From: Pelagomonas calceolata
Taxonomy: Eukaryota
Direction: 5' to 3'
Length of the DNA stretch: 64,000 bases
Assembly: GCA_918797485.1 (NCBI GenBank)
Contig: CAKKNE010000002.1
Coordinates: 1,488,001-1,552,000 of the forward strand
The position numbers and the translations under genes are program-made. The notes under the pieces are model-generated. The model saw nothing but the letters and a program-made list of their open reading frames with translations, had not been told where the DNA came from and ran no database searches. The stretch's first letter is position 1; the number at the start of each line of letters is the position of its first letter. Below, one piece after another: positions 20,801 through 35,800 of the stretch.

Positions 20801-23800
20801 TCGACGAGGACGAGTCCTCATGACTGGCGGCGGGCGCCGGAGCCGGGCCGTAAGAATAGCTGTCGCCGTGCGAGGGGCCGTAAGAATAGCTGCCGAGGTT
20901 GCCGGAGCAGGATAAGTCGCACGTGAGGCCTAGGAATCTCTGGGCCATGTCCTCATAATGGCACTCGACCCACGCCTGGTACTCCGTTTGGCAGACGGCG
21001 GGCCCCTCGCACTCTCCGTTCGAGAGATGTTGCTGGACGTCGTCGCAGGTATTCGGCGAAAAGTCGTCGTCGTCGCCGCCGGCAAAGAAGTCGTCGTCGA
21101 GGCTTTGTTGCTTGCTGAGGCAGTCTTGGAAAGCCGCCTCTTCCGCGGGACACGCCGACACGCACTCGTTGGGAAGCGTCGCGATCGAGCTGCCCGTGAT
21201 GAGGTGGATGTCGTCGTCGAACGAGTCCTCCATGCACTGACAGTCGTCCTGGCACCAGCACTCCCCGTCAGGAGTCCAATCGATGGCCACGAGGTCGGCA
21301 TACGTATTCTCGCACATTGTCCAGCAGGCGCTGGCATCCGACGTGCTGCCAATCAATTCGTCGAGGTCGGAGGAACACCAGCCATTGCCGGTTCCCCAGT
21401 ACGTGTAGACATAGCTGTAGGAATAGCTGCCGCCGTAGGAGGGGCTTTTCGCGCTCGACGAGTCCGGGTCGTAAGAATAGCTGCCGCCGTGCGAGTGGCT
21501 CTTCTCGTACGAAAAGGAGTAGCTCTTCGCGCTCGACGAGGACGAGTCCTCATGACTGGCGGCGGGCGCCGGAGCCGGGCCGTACGAATAGCCGCTGTCG
21601 TAGGAGTAGCTCTTCGCGCTCGACGAGTCCGGGCTCGCAAGCGTGGGAGTTGGCGCGAAGCTCGGCACCGCCGTGGGAAGAGACGTTGGCGCGGAGCTCG
21701 GCACCAAGGTCGGTACCGGCGTCGGCGCGAGCGAAGGACTGGCGGCTGGCGTCGGCGCGGGCGTCGGACAGTTGCCTTGCGTGACGCCGCACGACGTCGA
21801 CTCGCAAAGAGCGTCCTCGAACGCTTCCGACAGGCTTACGTCGTTGTCGACGCACCAACCGAGGTCTTGGTCGAAGGCCGATGCGCGGTAAAACATCTGC
21901 TCCATATCCTCGACACCCTCAACGCTCCAGCCACTAATATCTTGGTTGAAGTTTGAGGCCTCTTCGAACATATCCCTCATGTTCGTAACGGCTCCAACGC
22001 TCCAGTCACCAATCGGTTGGTTGAACGCCGCGGCGAATTCGAACATATCCATCATATTCGTAACCAAGGAGGTTTCCCACGCGCCGATGCTGTTGTTGAA
22101 GGACGAAGCGTCGCGGAACATCTTCTCCATGTCCCTGACCTTGTTGACCCGCCAGCCGCCGATCGGTTGGTCGAACGCCGAGGCCTCTCGGAACATCGAC
22201 CGCATCGTCGTGACGCTGGTTGTATTCCACGCGCTGATGTCGTCGTTGAAGGAAGAGGCGCCACCGTTGCGGTACTCGCAATAATCTGATACGCAAAACA
22301 ACTCCTGCATGTCCGTCACCCCGCCAGTCTCCCACGTAGAAATATGGCCGTACGCCGCCTCGGCGGCCACCAGGTTCCAGAGCCACGCCGTTACGGCCGT
22401 TCTGATGGTGCTGTCGTCAAGCTTCCCGGGGCCGCTGCCACCGCAACTCACTGCAGCTGCCCAATTGACGCCACACGACGTCAACTCGCAAGGAGCGTCC
22501 TCGAACGCTTTCTCCAGGCTCACGTCGTCGTCGACGCACCAACCGAGGTCTTGGTCGAAGGCCGATGCGCCCCAGAACATCTGCTCCATATCCTCGACAC
22601 TCTCAACGCTCCAGCCACTAATATCTTGGTTGAAGTTTGAGGCCTCTTCGAACATATCCTTCATGTTCGTAACGGCTCCAACGCTCCAGTCACCAATCGG
22701 TTGGTTGAACGCCGCAGCGGATTGAAACATATCCCCCATATTCGTAACCAAGGAGGTTTTCCACGCGCCGATGTTGTTATTGAAGGACGAAGCGTCGCGA
22801 AACATCAACCCCATATCCGTGACCTTGTTGACCCGCCAGCCGCTGATCGCTTGGTCGAACGACGAGGCTTCCCAGAACATCGCCACCATCGTCGTGACGC
22901 TGGTTGTATTCCACGCGCTGATGTCGTCGTTGAAGGAAGAGGCGCCACCGTTGCGGTAATCGCAATAATCTGATACGCAAAACAATTCCGACATGTCCGT
23001 CACCCCGCCGGTCTCCCACGTGGAAATATGGCCGTACGCCGCCTCGGCGGCGGTCGCATCTGAGACCCATGCACTAACGGCCGCGCGGATACTGACGTCG
23101 CTCATTGGAGTGCCTCCACACCTTAGTGCGGCCGAGTAGTAGACGCCGCACGACGTCGAATCGCACGGGGTGCCGTCGAACGCGTCGCGCAAGTTGACGA
23201 CGTCGGCCACGCACCAGTCGAGGTCCTGGTCCAAGGCAGAATTCTGGAATGCCTCCTCCATATCAACAACGGCTTCAACGTTCCAGCCGCCAATGTCTTG
23301 ATTGAAGGAGGACGCGTCCTGGAACATCTCTACCATCGACGTAACGCCTGAGGTATCCCACGGGCCAATGTCGTCGTTGAAGCCCGAGGCGTCTTCGAAC
23401 AACTCCGACATGTCCGTCACCCCTGATGTGTCCCAAGTGGAGATGTGCCCGTAGGTCGCCTCGGCGGCCGTCGCGTCCGAGAGCCACGCGGCGACTGCCA
23501 ATCGGATGCCAACGTCGCTCATCGGGCCGCCGCCGCACTTCAGAGCAGCTGCTGGCAGAATACCGCACGACGTCGACGCGCACAAGGTGCCGTCGAACGC
23601 GTCGAGCAAGTGGACTTCGTCGTTCACGCACCAGCCGAGGTCCTGGTCCAAGGCAGCATTCTGGAATACCTCCTCCATATCAACAACGGCTTCAACGTTC
23701 CAGCCGCCAATGTCTTGATTGAAGGAGGACGCGTCCTGGAACATCTCTACCATCGACGTAACGCCTGAGGTATCCCACGGGCCAATGTCGTCGTTGAAGC

Positions 23801-26800
23801 CCGAGGCGTCTTCGAACAACTCCGACATGTCCGTCACCCCCGATGTGTCCCAAGTGGAGATGTGCCCGTAGGTCGCCTCGGCGGCCGCCGCGTCCGAGAG
23901 CCACGCGGCGACGGCCGTGCGGATGCTGGTGTCGTCCATGGCGTAACCGCTTGGTGCCGAAGGCGAAGCCGTGGGGAGCGAGGAGGGGAGAGACGTTGGC
24001 GACGAAGTCGGATCCAGCGTCATGGAGTCCGCGTGGCCGTACGAATAGCTGACGCCGTAGGAGTAGCTCTTCGCGCTCGACGAGTCCGGGCTCGCAAGCG
24101 TGGGAGTCGGTACCGCCGTGGGAAGAGATGTTGGTGCGGCCGTCGGAGCAGAAGACGGCACGCCGGTCGGATCCAGCGTCATGGAGTCCGCGTGGCCGTA
24201 CGAATAGCTGACGCCGTAGGAGTAGCTCTTCGCGCTCGACGAGTCCGGGCTCGCAAGCGTGGGAGTTGGCGCGGTGCTCGGTACGGCCGTGGGAAGAGAC
24301 GTTGGCGCGGAGCTCGGTACCGTCGTGGGAAGATACGTTGGCGCGGAGCTCGGCACCGCCGTGGGAAAATACGTTGGCGCGGTGCTCGGCACCGCCGTGG
24401 GATCAGGAGACGTTGGCGCGTAGCTCGGCACCGCCGTGGGAAGAGACGTTGGCGCGGAGCTCGGTACCGCCGTGGGAAAATACGTTGGCGCGGAGCTCGG
24501 CACCGCCGTGGGAAAATACGTTGGCTCGGAGCTCGGCACCGCCGTGGGATCAGGAGACGTTGGCGCGTAGCTCGGCACCGAGGTCGGTACCGACGTCGGC
24601 GCGAACGACGAGGTCGGTACCGGCGTCGGCGCGGGCGACGGGGCAAGCGTCGGTCCCGGCGACGGCCCCTGCGCGACAAGGCGGTTGGTGTCCGTGAGGT
24701 TGACCGTGACGTTGGTGTACGCCCCCTTCGTGTGCTGCTCGAGGATCGCGAACGAGCCCGGGGTGTTGTATATGCGCAGGCCGAACAGCTCTCCCTGGGG
24801 CGCCTTTCTGCCGTACTCGAAGATCCGGGCGTCGTTCTCCCACTCGTCGATCCGCGCCCAGAGGCAGATGGACCGCGGCTGGTCTCCGGAGATGGGCTTC
24901 GTCACGTTCTTGGGCAGCTCGATGTACTTGCTGTTGTTGAGCGCCACCGCGTCGCCCGCGGGGCCGTCGCGCGCCTCGGTCTGCCGCAGCTCCGCGGCAA
25001 CCATCGTGGAATTCGGAACGTTAGGTTGATCGGGCCTCCATGCCTTGCCGTGGTATCTCGACGTGTGCGCGTCGTCCAGCTTGCCGTGCGTCATCGGATA
25101 GTACGCCACGAGGTCGTACTCGTACTCGTGCGTCGTCGGCGCAGGCGTGATCGTCGGCGCCGGGGTCGGCACCGGCGACGGCGCCGGGCTTGGAAGCGGC
25201 GTCGGCGCGCCGCTGGGTAGCGAGGACGGCAGCGGCGTCGGCTGGGAGCTCGGAAGATACGTTGGCGCGCCCGTGGGTAGTTGCGACGGCGCGGCCGTCG
25301 GCATCGAAGACGGCAACGGGGACGGCCCCGGACTTGGCAGCGACGTCGGCGCGGCCGTCGGCGTCGAAGACGGCAACGGGGACGGCGCCGGACTTGGCGG
25401 CAACGTCGGCGCGGCCGTCGGAGCAGAAGACGGCAGAGCGGTCGGCAGCGTCGTCGGGACGGTCGTCGGCGTCGACGAGGGTAGCGGCGACGGCGCCGGG
25501 CTCGGCAACGGGGACGGCGCCGGACTTGGCAGCGGCGTCGGTGCGGCCGTCGGCGTCGAAGACGGCAACGGGGACGGCGCCGGACTTGGCAGCGGCGTCG
25601 GCGCGGCCGTCGGAGCAGAAGACGGGACGCCGGTCGGCAGCGTCGTCGGGACGGTCGTCGGCGTCGACGAAGGTAGCGGCGACGGCGCCGGGCTCGGCGG
25701 CACGGTGGGCACCGAGCTCGGCACGGCCGTCGGCGGCCAGGTGATGTCGTCGAAGAGGAGCCCGATTTGCGGCGCGGTCAGAGCCGTCGAGTAGACGTAG
25801 ATCTCGTCCACGGCGCCCGAGAGGGTCGCCGCCCCCGCGGCGTCCGCGCCGAAGCGCAGCGCGTTCGCGTCCCCCGTTTCGAGCACCACGCGGCTCCTCT
25901 GCCACGCGGTCTGACCGTCGAAGTACAGGGTGAGGTTCCCCTTCCCCCCGCGCGACGGCCCGTCGTAGGTCAGGCAGTAGTGGTGCCAGTCGGAGCCGGC
26001 CCCGAGGGGCACGGCGACGCGGTAGCCGCCGGCGACGATCTCCAGCACGCCGTCCTTGGTCCCGGCGCGCAGGCCGAAATGCTGCTTTAGCGCCTCGTTG
26101 TAGCCGTATGTCGGCGACGACGTCGTCGGCGCGGCGGTCGTCGGAGCGGCGGTTGTCGGCGCTGGCGTTGTCTTCGATGTCGGCGCAGGCGTCGGACAGT
26201 TGCCTTGCGTGACGCCGCACGACGTCGACTCGCACTGGGTGTTGCCGAACGCGTAGTCCAGGTCCACGCCGTCGTCCACGCACCAGCCGAGGTCCTGGTC
26301 GAAGGCCGAGGCGCTGCTGAACATGGCGTACATCCTTGTGACGCCGGAGGTGTCCCACGCGCCGATGTCCTGGTTAAAGGCCGAGGCGTAGCCGAACATG
26401 GAGTACATCGTTGTGACGCCGGAGGTGTCCCATGCGCCGATGTCTTGATTAAAGGCCGCGGCAATGTAGAACATCCTGTACATCGTTGTGACGCCGGAGG
26501 TGTCCCACGCGCCGATGTCCTCGTTGAAGGACGAGGCATCTTCGAACAGCTCCTCCATGTCCGTCACGCCTCCAGTCTCCCACGTCGAGATGTGGCCGTA
26601 CGTCGCCTCGGCGGCCGTCGCGTCCGAGAGCCACGCGGCGACTGCCAATCGGATGCCAACGTCGCTCATCGGGCCGCCGCCGCACGTCAGAGCAGCTGCT
26701 GGAAGAATACCGCACGACGTCGACTCGCACTGGGTGTTTTCGAACGCTCTGTACGGGTTCACGTCGTCGTCCAGGCACCAGCCGAGGTCCTGGTCGAAGG

Positions 26801-29800
26801 CCGAGGCGGAGTAGAACATGTAATCCATCATTGTGACGCCGGAGGTGTCCCAAGCGCCGATGTCCTCGTTGAAGGACGCCGCGGCAGTGTTGCAAGCATT
26901 TGCTGTACCTCCGCAAAACAAATACGACATGTCCGTCACCCCTGATGTCTCCCACGTCGAGATGTGGCCGTACATCGCCTCGGCGACCGCCGCGTCGTCG
27001 AACCACGCAGTGACGGCCGTTCTAATCATCGTGTCGTCCATGAAGTAGCCGCTCGCAGAACCGTCGAGCCGCCGGCGCGCCGCCGCGCTCGAGTCCGAGT
27101 ACGAGTACGAGTAGGACGACGCGCCGCACGTAATGTAGTGGCACGCGCCGTGGCTCAATTTCTTTTCCTCAATAAGAGCGCCCGCGGCGTCGCGGAGCGT
27201 GTACGTTTCCGTGGCGAGGCTGCAGCGGATGGATGTAGTCTCGGACCAGGCGTGGTACGCCGTGAAGTTGTACGTCGCCACGCAGTCGTCGCACGACGTG
27301 CAGCCGACGCCCGCCCGGATCGACCCGTCGGCGAGGCACCGGTACCAGCCCTCCCCGTCGCAGGCCTCGTCGGCCCCGCCGTACTCGAACAGGTAGCCCC
27401 CGGCCCACGAATCTACGCGTGCCAGTACACAGATAGTGCGGTCGTAGTCGCGGCCGATGTCCTCCGTAACAGCCGCCGGCAGCTCGAGGAAGCCGGCGTC
27501 GCCGACGAGTAGCGCGCCGCCGCGGTCCTTGCCGACCGGCTGGACGGCCGCGGCCGGCGACTCGCCGAGGAGCCAGGCGTGGTGCGCGCCGGCGGCGTCC
27601 CTCAGGCCGTCGTCGAACGGATAGTAGGCCACCAGCGAGCCCTCGAAGAAGTCGCCGGTCGGCGCGTCCGTCACCGTCGGCGCCGCCGTCACGTCGTCGT
27701 AGAGGACGGCGACGGCCGACGCGTCCAAAGCGCTCGCGTAGATGTAGACCTCGTCGAGGGAACCGCTGAGCGGGCGATTGTACGTGGCGTCGGTGCCTAG
27801 GCGCATGGCCGTCCCTTCCGGCGCAGTGTCCAGGAGCACGTTCTCGGCGGCCCACTGCTTGTCGCCGTCGAAGTAGAAAGTAAGATCCGAGTTGCCGCCT
27901 CGACTGGGCCCGTCATACGTGAGACAGAAGTGATGGAACTCTCGCCAGTCGATGCGGCGGCCCAGGTCCACGATTTGCCTCCCGCCTACGATCTCGAGCT
28001 GGCCCTCGACAGTTCCGGCGCAGAGGCCAAATGTCTGCTCCGCAAACTCTACCGCGTGGTGCGCTTCCGTCGCAGCTTCGGCCGAGTACGAGTACGAGTA
28101 GGATCCGGCGAGGCGGCGTCGCCGCCTCGAAGCCGACGAACCGCCGTACGAGTAGGAGTAAGAGTAGGACATCGCGGCCCCGGTGGCGTCCTCAGCCCCC
28201 CGTGCGCAGTAATCGGTCACCCAGGTGCCGTCGCAGTTCGCCTCCTCGATGAACGCGACGCAGTCATACTTGGACCGGTCCTCGCCATAGGATTGGATGG
28301 AGTAGCGCAGCACGAAATTCTCCGGGCAGCACCCCTGTGATGCGACCTCCTCCAACGTCGTGGCGCCATTGCAGTTGGCGAATTCGCAACCGTAGCAATA
28401 CGTGCAGCAGCTTGCGCCGTCGCCGCCGCTGCTGGTAACCTGCGAACCGTCGCCGCCGTAGTAGAACAAGCACCCACCTTTCCACTCGTCGATACGCGCC
28501 CACAAACACACAGTCCGGTCGGCGTCGCCGAGCACGTCCTGCGTCGCTTCCGGTGGCAAAGTGACGGAGTCCCGGCGTTCCGCGTCCAGCACGATCGCCG
28601 ATCCACCGTCCCGGCCCTCGGTCGCGGCCATGGTCGAGGGCATGCCATTCCAGCTGTTATAGGCGTCTTGCGTCGCCCCGTCGACGAACGGATAGTACGC
28701 CACGAGCGTGCCCTCGAACCAGTGGCTCGTCGGCACAGGCGTGACCGTCGGCGCCGCGCTCACGCTGCCGTAGAGCACCTCAATGGCCGACGCGTCCAGC
28801 GCGCTCGCGTAGATGTAGGCCTCGTCGAGGGCGCCGCTGAGCGGGCGTTCGTACGTGGCGTCGCTGCCGAGGCGCATGGCCGTCCCTTCCGGCGCAGTGT
28901 CCAGGAGCACGTTCTCGGCGGCCCACTGCTTGTCGCCGTCGAAGTAGAAAGTAAGATCCGAGTCGCCGCCTCGACTGGGCCCGTCATACGTGAGACAGAA
29001 GTGATGGAACTCTCGCCAGTCGATGCGGCGCCCCAGGTCCACGATTTGCCTCCCGCCTACGATCTCGAGCTGGCCCTCGACGTTTCCGGCGCAGAGGCCA
29101 AATGTCTGCTCCGCAAACTCTACCTCGTCTGCGCCGCACCACAAGCCGCCGCCAGCTAAGCACTCACTTTGGCTGGTACAAGTGCCGCACTCATCCTTTT
29201 GAGTTTCGTCGTTGGATGCGCACGACCCGGTAATGTAACACGCACTGCACGAGTCGCACGGGTTGGTGGCAGTTTCGGCCGAGTACGAGTACGAGTAGGA
29301 TCCGGCGAGGAGGCGTCGCTGCCTCGACGCCGACGAACCGCCGTACGAGTAGGAGTAAGAGTAGGATATCGCGCCCCCGGTGGCCGCATCCGATCCTGCG
29401 CCGCACCACAAGCCGCCGCCAGCTAAGCACTCACTTTGGGAGGAACAAGTGCCGCACTCATCCTTTTGAGTTTCGTCGTTGGATGCGCACGACCCGGTAA
29501 TGTAACACGCACTGCACGAGTCGCACGGGTTGCTGGTCCCCTGCGAACCGTCGCCGCCGTAGTAGAACAAGCACCCACCTTTCCACTCGTCGATACGCGC
29601 CCACAAACACACAGTCCGGTCGGCGTCGCCGAGCACGTCCTGCGTCGCCTCTGGGGGCAGCGTGACGGCAGCTCCGTGGTCCAGGGCGATCGCCGATCCA
29701 CCGTCTCGGCCCTCGGTCGTGGCCATGGTCTCGGGCGTGCCGTCCCAACCCTGATAGATGTCATGCGTCGTCCCGTCGGCAAAATCGTAGTAGGCGATGA

Positions 29801-32800
29801 GGCTTCCCTGGAACCAGTGGCTCGTCGGCGCAGGCGAGACGGTCGGCGCGATCGACGGAAGGGCGGTCGGCCGCGCGGTCGTCGGAATACCGGTAGGCAC
29901 GTTCGTCGGCTGTGGGCTGGGCAGAGGCGTCGGAGGCCCCGTGGGCACGGACGTCGGAAGGGCCGTGGGCACGGCCGACGGCGGCGGGCTGATGATGCCG
30001 TAGAGCACGCCGACCTGCCAGGCGTCCAGCGCGTCCTCGTAGACGTACACCTCGTCCACGGCGCCATCTAGCGTTTTGGAGCCCTGGACGTCCGCGCCGA
30101 TGTACAGCGGCGAGCCGAGGCTCGTGTTGACGGTCGCTTTCCAGGTATCCTCCGCGACGCCGTCCACGTAAAAGGTCACGTTTCTCGGCCGGCCTTTCTC
30201 TTTCGGGACCGCGGCGTACGTCACGCAGTAGTGGTGCCACGTCTTCTCCCAGAGCCGATGCCATGGCGGAGAGCCGCTGTCGCTGTCGAACGTGAGGCGG
30301 CGATCGCGTCGAGAGTTCGCGTAGCTGTAGGAATAGCTGCCGCCGTAGGAGGGGCTCTTCGCGCTCGACGAGTCCGCGTAGCTGTACGAATAGCTGCCGT
30401 CGTAGACTGAGCCCATCGTCGGTCCCGGCGACGGCCCCTGCGCGACAAGGCGGTTGGTGTCCGTGAGGTTGACCGTGACGTTGGTGTACGCCCCCTTCGG
30501 GTGCTGCGCGAGGATCGCGAACGAGCCCGGGGTGTTCCAGGTGCGCAGGCCGAACAGCTCTCCCTGGGGCGCCTTTCTGCCGTACTCGAAGATCCGGGCG
30601 TCGTTCGTCCACTTGTCGATCCGCGCCCAGAGGCAGATGGTCCGCGGCCGGTCTCCGGAGATGTGCTTCGTCACGTTCCTGGGCAGCTCGATGTACTTGC
30701 TGTTGTTGAGCGCCACCGCGTCGCCCGCGGGGCCGTCGCGCGCCTCGGTCTGCCGCAGCTCCGCGGCAACCATCATGGAGTTCGGAACGTTAGGTTGATC
30801 GGGCCTCCATGCCTTGCCGTGGTATCTCGACGTGTGCGCGTCGTCCAGCTTGCCGTGCGTCATCGGGTAGTAGGCCACGAGGTCGTACTCGTACTCGTGC
30901 GTCGTCGGCGCAGGCGAAATTGTCGGCGCCGGGGTTGGCACCGGCGACGGCGCCGGGCTCGGCAGCGGCGTCGGCGCTGGGCTCGGCAGAGGCGTCGGAG
31001 GCCCCGTGGGCACGGACGTCGGAAGGGCCGTGGGCACGGCCGACGGCGGCGGGCTGATGATGCCGTAGAGCACGCCGACCTGCCAGGCGTCCAGCGCGTC
31101 CTCGTAGACGTACACCTCGTCCACGGCGCCATCTAGCGTTTTGGAGCCCTGGACGTCCGCGCCGATGTACAGCGGCGAGCCGAGGCTCGTGTTGACGGTC
31201 GCTTTCCAGGTATCCTCCGCGACGCCGTCCACGTAAAAGGTCACGTTCCTCGGCCGGTCTTTCTCTTTCGGGACCGCGGCGTACGTCACGCAGTAGTGGT
31301 GCCACGTCTTCTCCCAGAGCCGATGCCATGGCGGAGAGCCGCTGTCGCTGTCGAACGTGAGGCGGCGATCGCGTCGAGAGTTCGCGTAGCTGTACGAATA
31401 GACATAGCTGTAGGAATAGCTGCCGCCGTAGGAGGGGCTCTCCGCGCTCGACGAGTCCGCGTAGCTGTACGAATAACTGCCGTCGTAGGCTGAGCCCCCC
31501 GTCGGCCTAGGGCTCGCCCCCTGCGCGACAAGGCGGTCGGTGTCCGTGAGGTTGACCGTGACGTTGGTGTACGCCCCCTTCGGGTGCTGCGCGAGGATCG
31601 CGAACGAGCCCGGGGTGTTCCAGGTGCGCAGGCCGAACAGCTCTCCCTGGGGCGCCTTTCTGCCGTACTCGAAGATCCGGGCGTCGTTCGTCCACTTGTC
31701 GATCCGCGCCCAGAGGCAGATGGTCCGCGGCCGGTCTCCGGAGATGTGCTTCGTCACGTTCCTGGGCAGCTCGATGTACTTGCTGTTGTTGAGCGCCACC
31801 GCGTCGCCCGCGGGGCCGTCGCGCGCCTCGGTCTGCCGCAGCTCCGCGGCAACCATCATGGAGTTCGGAACGTTAGGTTGATCGGGCCTCCATGCCTTGC
31901 CGTGGTATCTCGACGTGTGCGCGTCGTCCAGCTTGCCGTGCGTCATCGGGTAGTAGGCCACGAGGTCGTACTCGTACTCGTGCGTCGTCGGCGCAGGCGA
32001 AATTGTCGGCACGAGCGACGGTAGCGACGACGGCGCCGGGCTCGGCAGCTGCGACGGCGCCGGGCTCGGCGGCACGGTGGGCACCGAGCTCGGCACGGCC
32101 GTCGGCGGCCAGGTGATGTCGTCGAAGAGGAGCCCGATTTGCGGCGCGGTCAGAGCCGTCGAGTAGACGTAGATCTCGTCCACGGCGCCCGCGAGGGTCG
32201 CCGCCCCCGCGGCGTCCGCGCCAAAGCGCAGCGCGTTCGCGTCCCCCTCCCCCGTGTCAAGCACCACGCGGCTCCTCTGCCACGCGGTCTGACCGTCGAA
32301 GTACAGGGTGAGGTTCCCCTTCCCCCCGCGCGACGGCCCGTCGTAGGTCAGGCAGTAGTGGTGCCAGTCGGAGCCGGCCCCGAGGGGCACGGCGACGCGG
32401 TAGCCGCCGGCGACGATCTCCAGGACGCCGTCCTTGGTCCCGGCGCGCAGGCCGAAATGCTGCTTTAGCGCCTCGTTGTAGCCGTATGTCGGCGAGGACG
32501 TCGTCGGCGCGGCGGTCGTCGGCGCTCGCGTCGCGCCTGTGGCTGTCGGACGCGGCGTCGGCTGCCATGTCGGCGCGGGCATGGGGCAGCCGCCTTGCGT
32601 GACGCCGCACGACGTCGACGCGCAGGGGGGTCCCGCTAGCCCATTCATCGCGCTGTCGTCGAACGCGCTATCCAGGTACACATCGTCGTCCACGCACCAG
32701 CTGAGGTCCTGGTCGAAGGCCGAGGCGCCGCTGAACATGCTGCCTATGCTCGTGACGCCGTTGATTGCCCAACCACTGATGTCCTGGTTGAAGGCCGAGG

Positions 32801-35800
32801 CTTCGCAGAACATCATGGTCATATCCGTGACGCTGTGAACTGCCCAATTACCAATGTCTTGGTTAAAGGCCGAGGCTTGGAAGAAGACTCCGATCAGATT
32901 CTTGACATTGCCAACGCTCCAGGCGCCGATCGGTTGGTCAAACGACAAGGCGTACTCGAACATCCCCTGCATATCAGTAACGGCCCCAACGCTCCAATCG
33001 CCGATCGGTCGATTAAAGTCCTCGGCGCCATAGAACATTCTCACCATCGTCGTGACGCCGGAGGTGTCCCACGCACCGATGTCTTCGTTGAAGGACGAAA
33101 CAGCTTCCTGAGCTGAATCGCACCATCTACAAAACAACTCCGACATGTCCGTCACCCCTGATGTCTCCCACGTCGAGATGTGGCCGTACATCGCCTCGGC
33201 GACCGCCGCGTCGTCGAACCACGCAGTGACGGCCGTTCTAATCATCGTGTCGTCCATGAAGTAGCCGCTCGCAGAACCGTCGAGCCGCCGGCGCGCCGGC
33301 GCGTACGAGTAAGAGTAGGAGTACGAGTAGAACGACGCGCCGCACGGAATGTACTGGCACGCACTCATCTTGCCTTCCTCAAGGACCACGCCCGCGGCGT
33401 CGCGGCGCGTGAACGTTTCCGTGGCGAGGTTGCAGCGGATGGATGTAGTCTCGGACCAGGCGAGGTACGCCGTGTAGTTGTACGTCGCCACGCAGTCGTC
33501 GCACGACGTGCAGCCGACGCCCGCCCGGATCGACCCGTCGGCGAGGCACCGGTACCAGCCCTCCCCGTCGCAGGCCTCGTCGGCCCCGCCGTACTCGAAC
33601 AGGTAGCCCCCGGCCCACGAATCGATGCGTGCCAGTACACAGATAGTGCGGTCGTAGTCGCGGCCGATGTCCTCCGTAACAGCCGCCGGCAGCTCGAGGA
33701 AGCCGGCGTCGCCGACGAGTAGCGCGCCGCCGCGGTCCTTGCCGATCGGCTGGACGGCCGCGGCCGGCGACTCGCCGAGGAGCCAGGCGTGGTGCGCGCC
33801 GGCGGCGTCCCTCAGGAGGTCGTCGAACGGATAGTACGCCACCAGCGAGCCCTCGAAGAAGTCGCCGGTCGGCGCGACCGTCACCGTCGGCGCCGCCGTC
33901 ACGTCGTCGTAGAGGACGGCGACGGCCGACGCGTCCAGGGCGCTCGCGTAGATGTAGACCTCGTCGAGGGCGCCGCTGAGCGGGCGTTCGTACGTGGCGT
34001 CGGTGCCGAGGCGCATGGCCGTCCCTTCCGGCGCAGTGTCCAGGAGCACGTTCTCGGCGGCCCACTGCTTGTCGCCGTCGAAGTAGAAAGTAAGATCCGA
34101 GTTCCCGCCTCGACTGGGCCCGTCATACGTGAGACAGAAGTGATGGAACTCTCGCCAGTCGATGCGGCGGCCCAAGTCCACGATTTGCCTCCCGCCTACG
34201 ATCTCGAGCTGGCCCTCGACGTTTCCGGCGCAGAGGCCAAATGTCTGCTCCGCAAACTCTACCGTTTGGTCCGCGCCCGTCGCAGTTTCGGCCGAGTACG
34301 AGTACGAGTAGGATCCGGCGAGGAGGCGTCGCCGCCTCGAAGCCGACGAACCGCCGTACGAGTAGGAGTAAGAGTAGGACATCGCGGCCCCGGTGGCCAC
34401 ATCCGATCCTGCCCCGTCGCCGCCGCTGCTGGTCACCTGCGAACCGTCGCCGCCGTAGTGGAACAAGCACCCACCTTTCCACTCGTCGATGCGCGCCCAC
34501 AAACACACAGTCCGGTCGGCGTCGCCGAGCACGTCCTGCGTCGCCTCTGGGGGCAGCGTGACAGAGTCCCGGCGTTCCGCGTCCAACACGATCGCCGTCG
34601 AACCGTCTCGGCCCTCGGTCGTGGTCATGCTCTCGGGCGTGCCGTGCCAGCCGTGATGAGCGTCTTGCGTCGTCCCGTCGACGAACGGATAGTACGCCAC
34701 CAGCGAGCCCTCAAACAAATGGCTCGTCGGCACGGGCGTGACCGTCGGCGCCGCGCTCACGCTGCCGTAGAGCACCTCAATGTCCGACGCGTCCAGGGCG
34801 CTCGCGTAGACATAGACCTCGTCCAGCGCCGCGCTCAGGGAATCACTGTACATCTGGCTCATTCCGAGAGACATCCAGCGCCCCTCTTCTATCTTCGTGT
34901 CGAGGCTTAGAGTCTCCTGCAATTGCTGGTCGCCGTCGAAGTAGAAGGCCAGCGTCGACTCGCCGCCACGGCTCGGACCGTCGTACGTGAGACAGAAGTG
35001 ATGAAATTCTCGCCAGTCGATTGTGCGGCCGAGGCTCACTGACGCTCGCGTGTCGTCGGCGATGATCACCAGATCGCCTTCCACGGTGCCGACGCGCAGG
35101 CCAAAGGACGCCGAGAGCTCGGTCGTGAGCCGCCGCCGCCGCGACGCTGGCGCGTAACTATACGAGTAGGAGTGCGAGTGGGAGATAGTGCTCTCGCCTT
35201 CGTCGCCCTCGCCGGGGCCGCACTCCTGCGGCAGCGATGCGACCGCCGAGTCGCGAGTGATGAGGTAGACTTCGTCATCTCCGACATCTTGCATGCACTG
35301 ACAGTCGTTCTGGCAGTAGCAGTCGCCGTCGTCCACCCAGTCGATGGCCACCAAATTATCTCCGTACGCCTCCACACACATCTCCGAACAGTCGCTCGGC
35401 GACGCCGCGCAGCCCACGAGGTCGTCCAGGCCGCTGCGGCACCACCCGTTCCCGGCGCCGTGGTTCGTCGTGCCGCTTGGAGAGGAGGTGAGGTCGCCGG
35501 ACGTCTCGATGTTACATGACACGCAGTCCTCATACGAGCACCCTGGGAACTGTCCCACCTCGTCGACGTTGCCGTCGAGGTCTTCGTCGTAATAATAGGT
35601 ATTCGTACCCGGCTCGCAGGTGACTCGGCCGCCCATTTCGGCCGTCAAGTCGTGTGTCGTCGCGCAGTCGTCGCATGATTGGCATCCAAAGCCCTGCATC
35701 ACCGTTCCATCCTCTCGGCACTCCTTAACATCATACCCCGGCGTGCAGCCCTCGCCACTGCCTCCGTAATGGAACAGGTAGCCGCCGTTCCACTCGTCAA

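Noticed and set aside
14604..20915. 2103-aa plus-strand ORF and the ~885-aa alternative-frame minus ORFs
   Set aside because: Antisense or off-frame shadows of the very GC3-rich REJ region. They are Arg/Gly/Ala-rich with no recognisable motifs.
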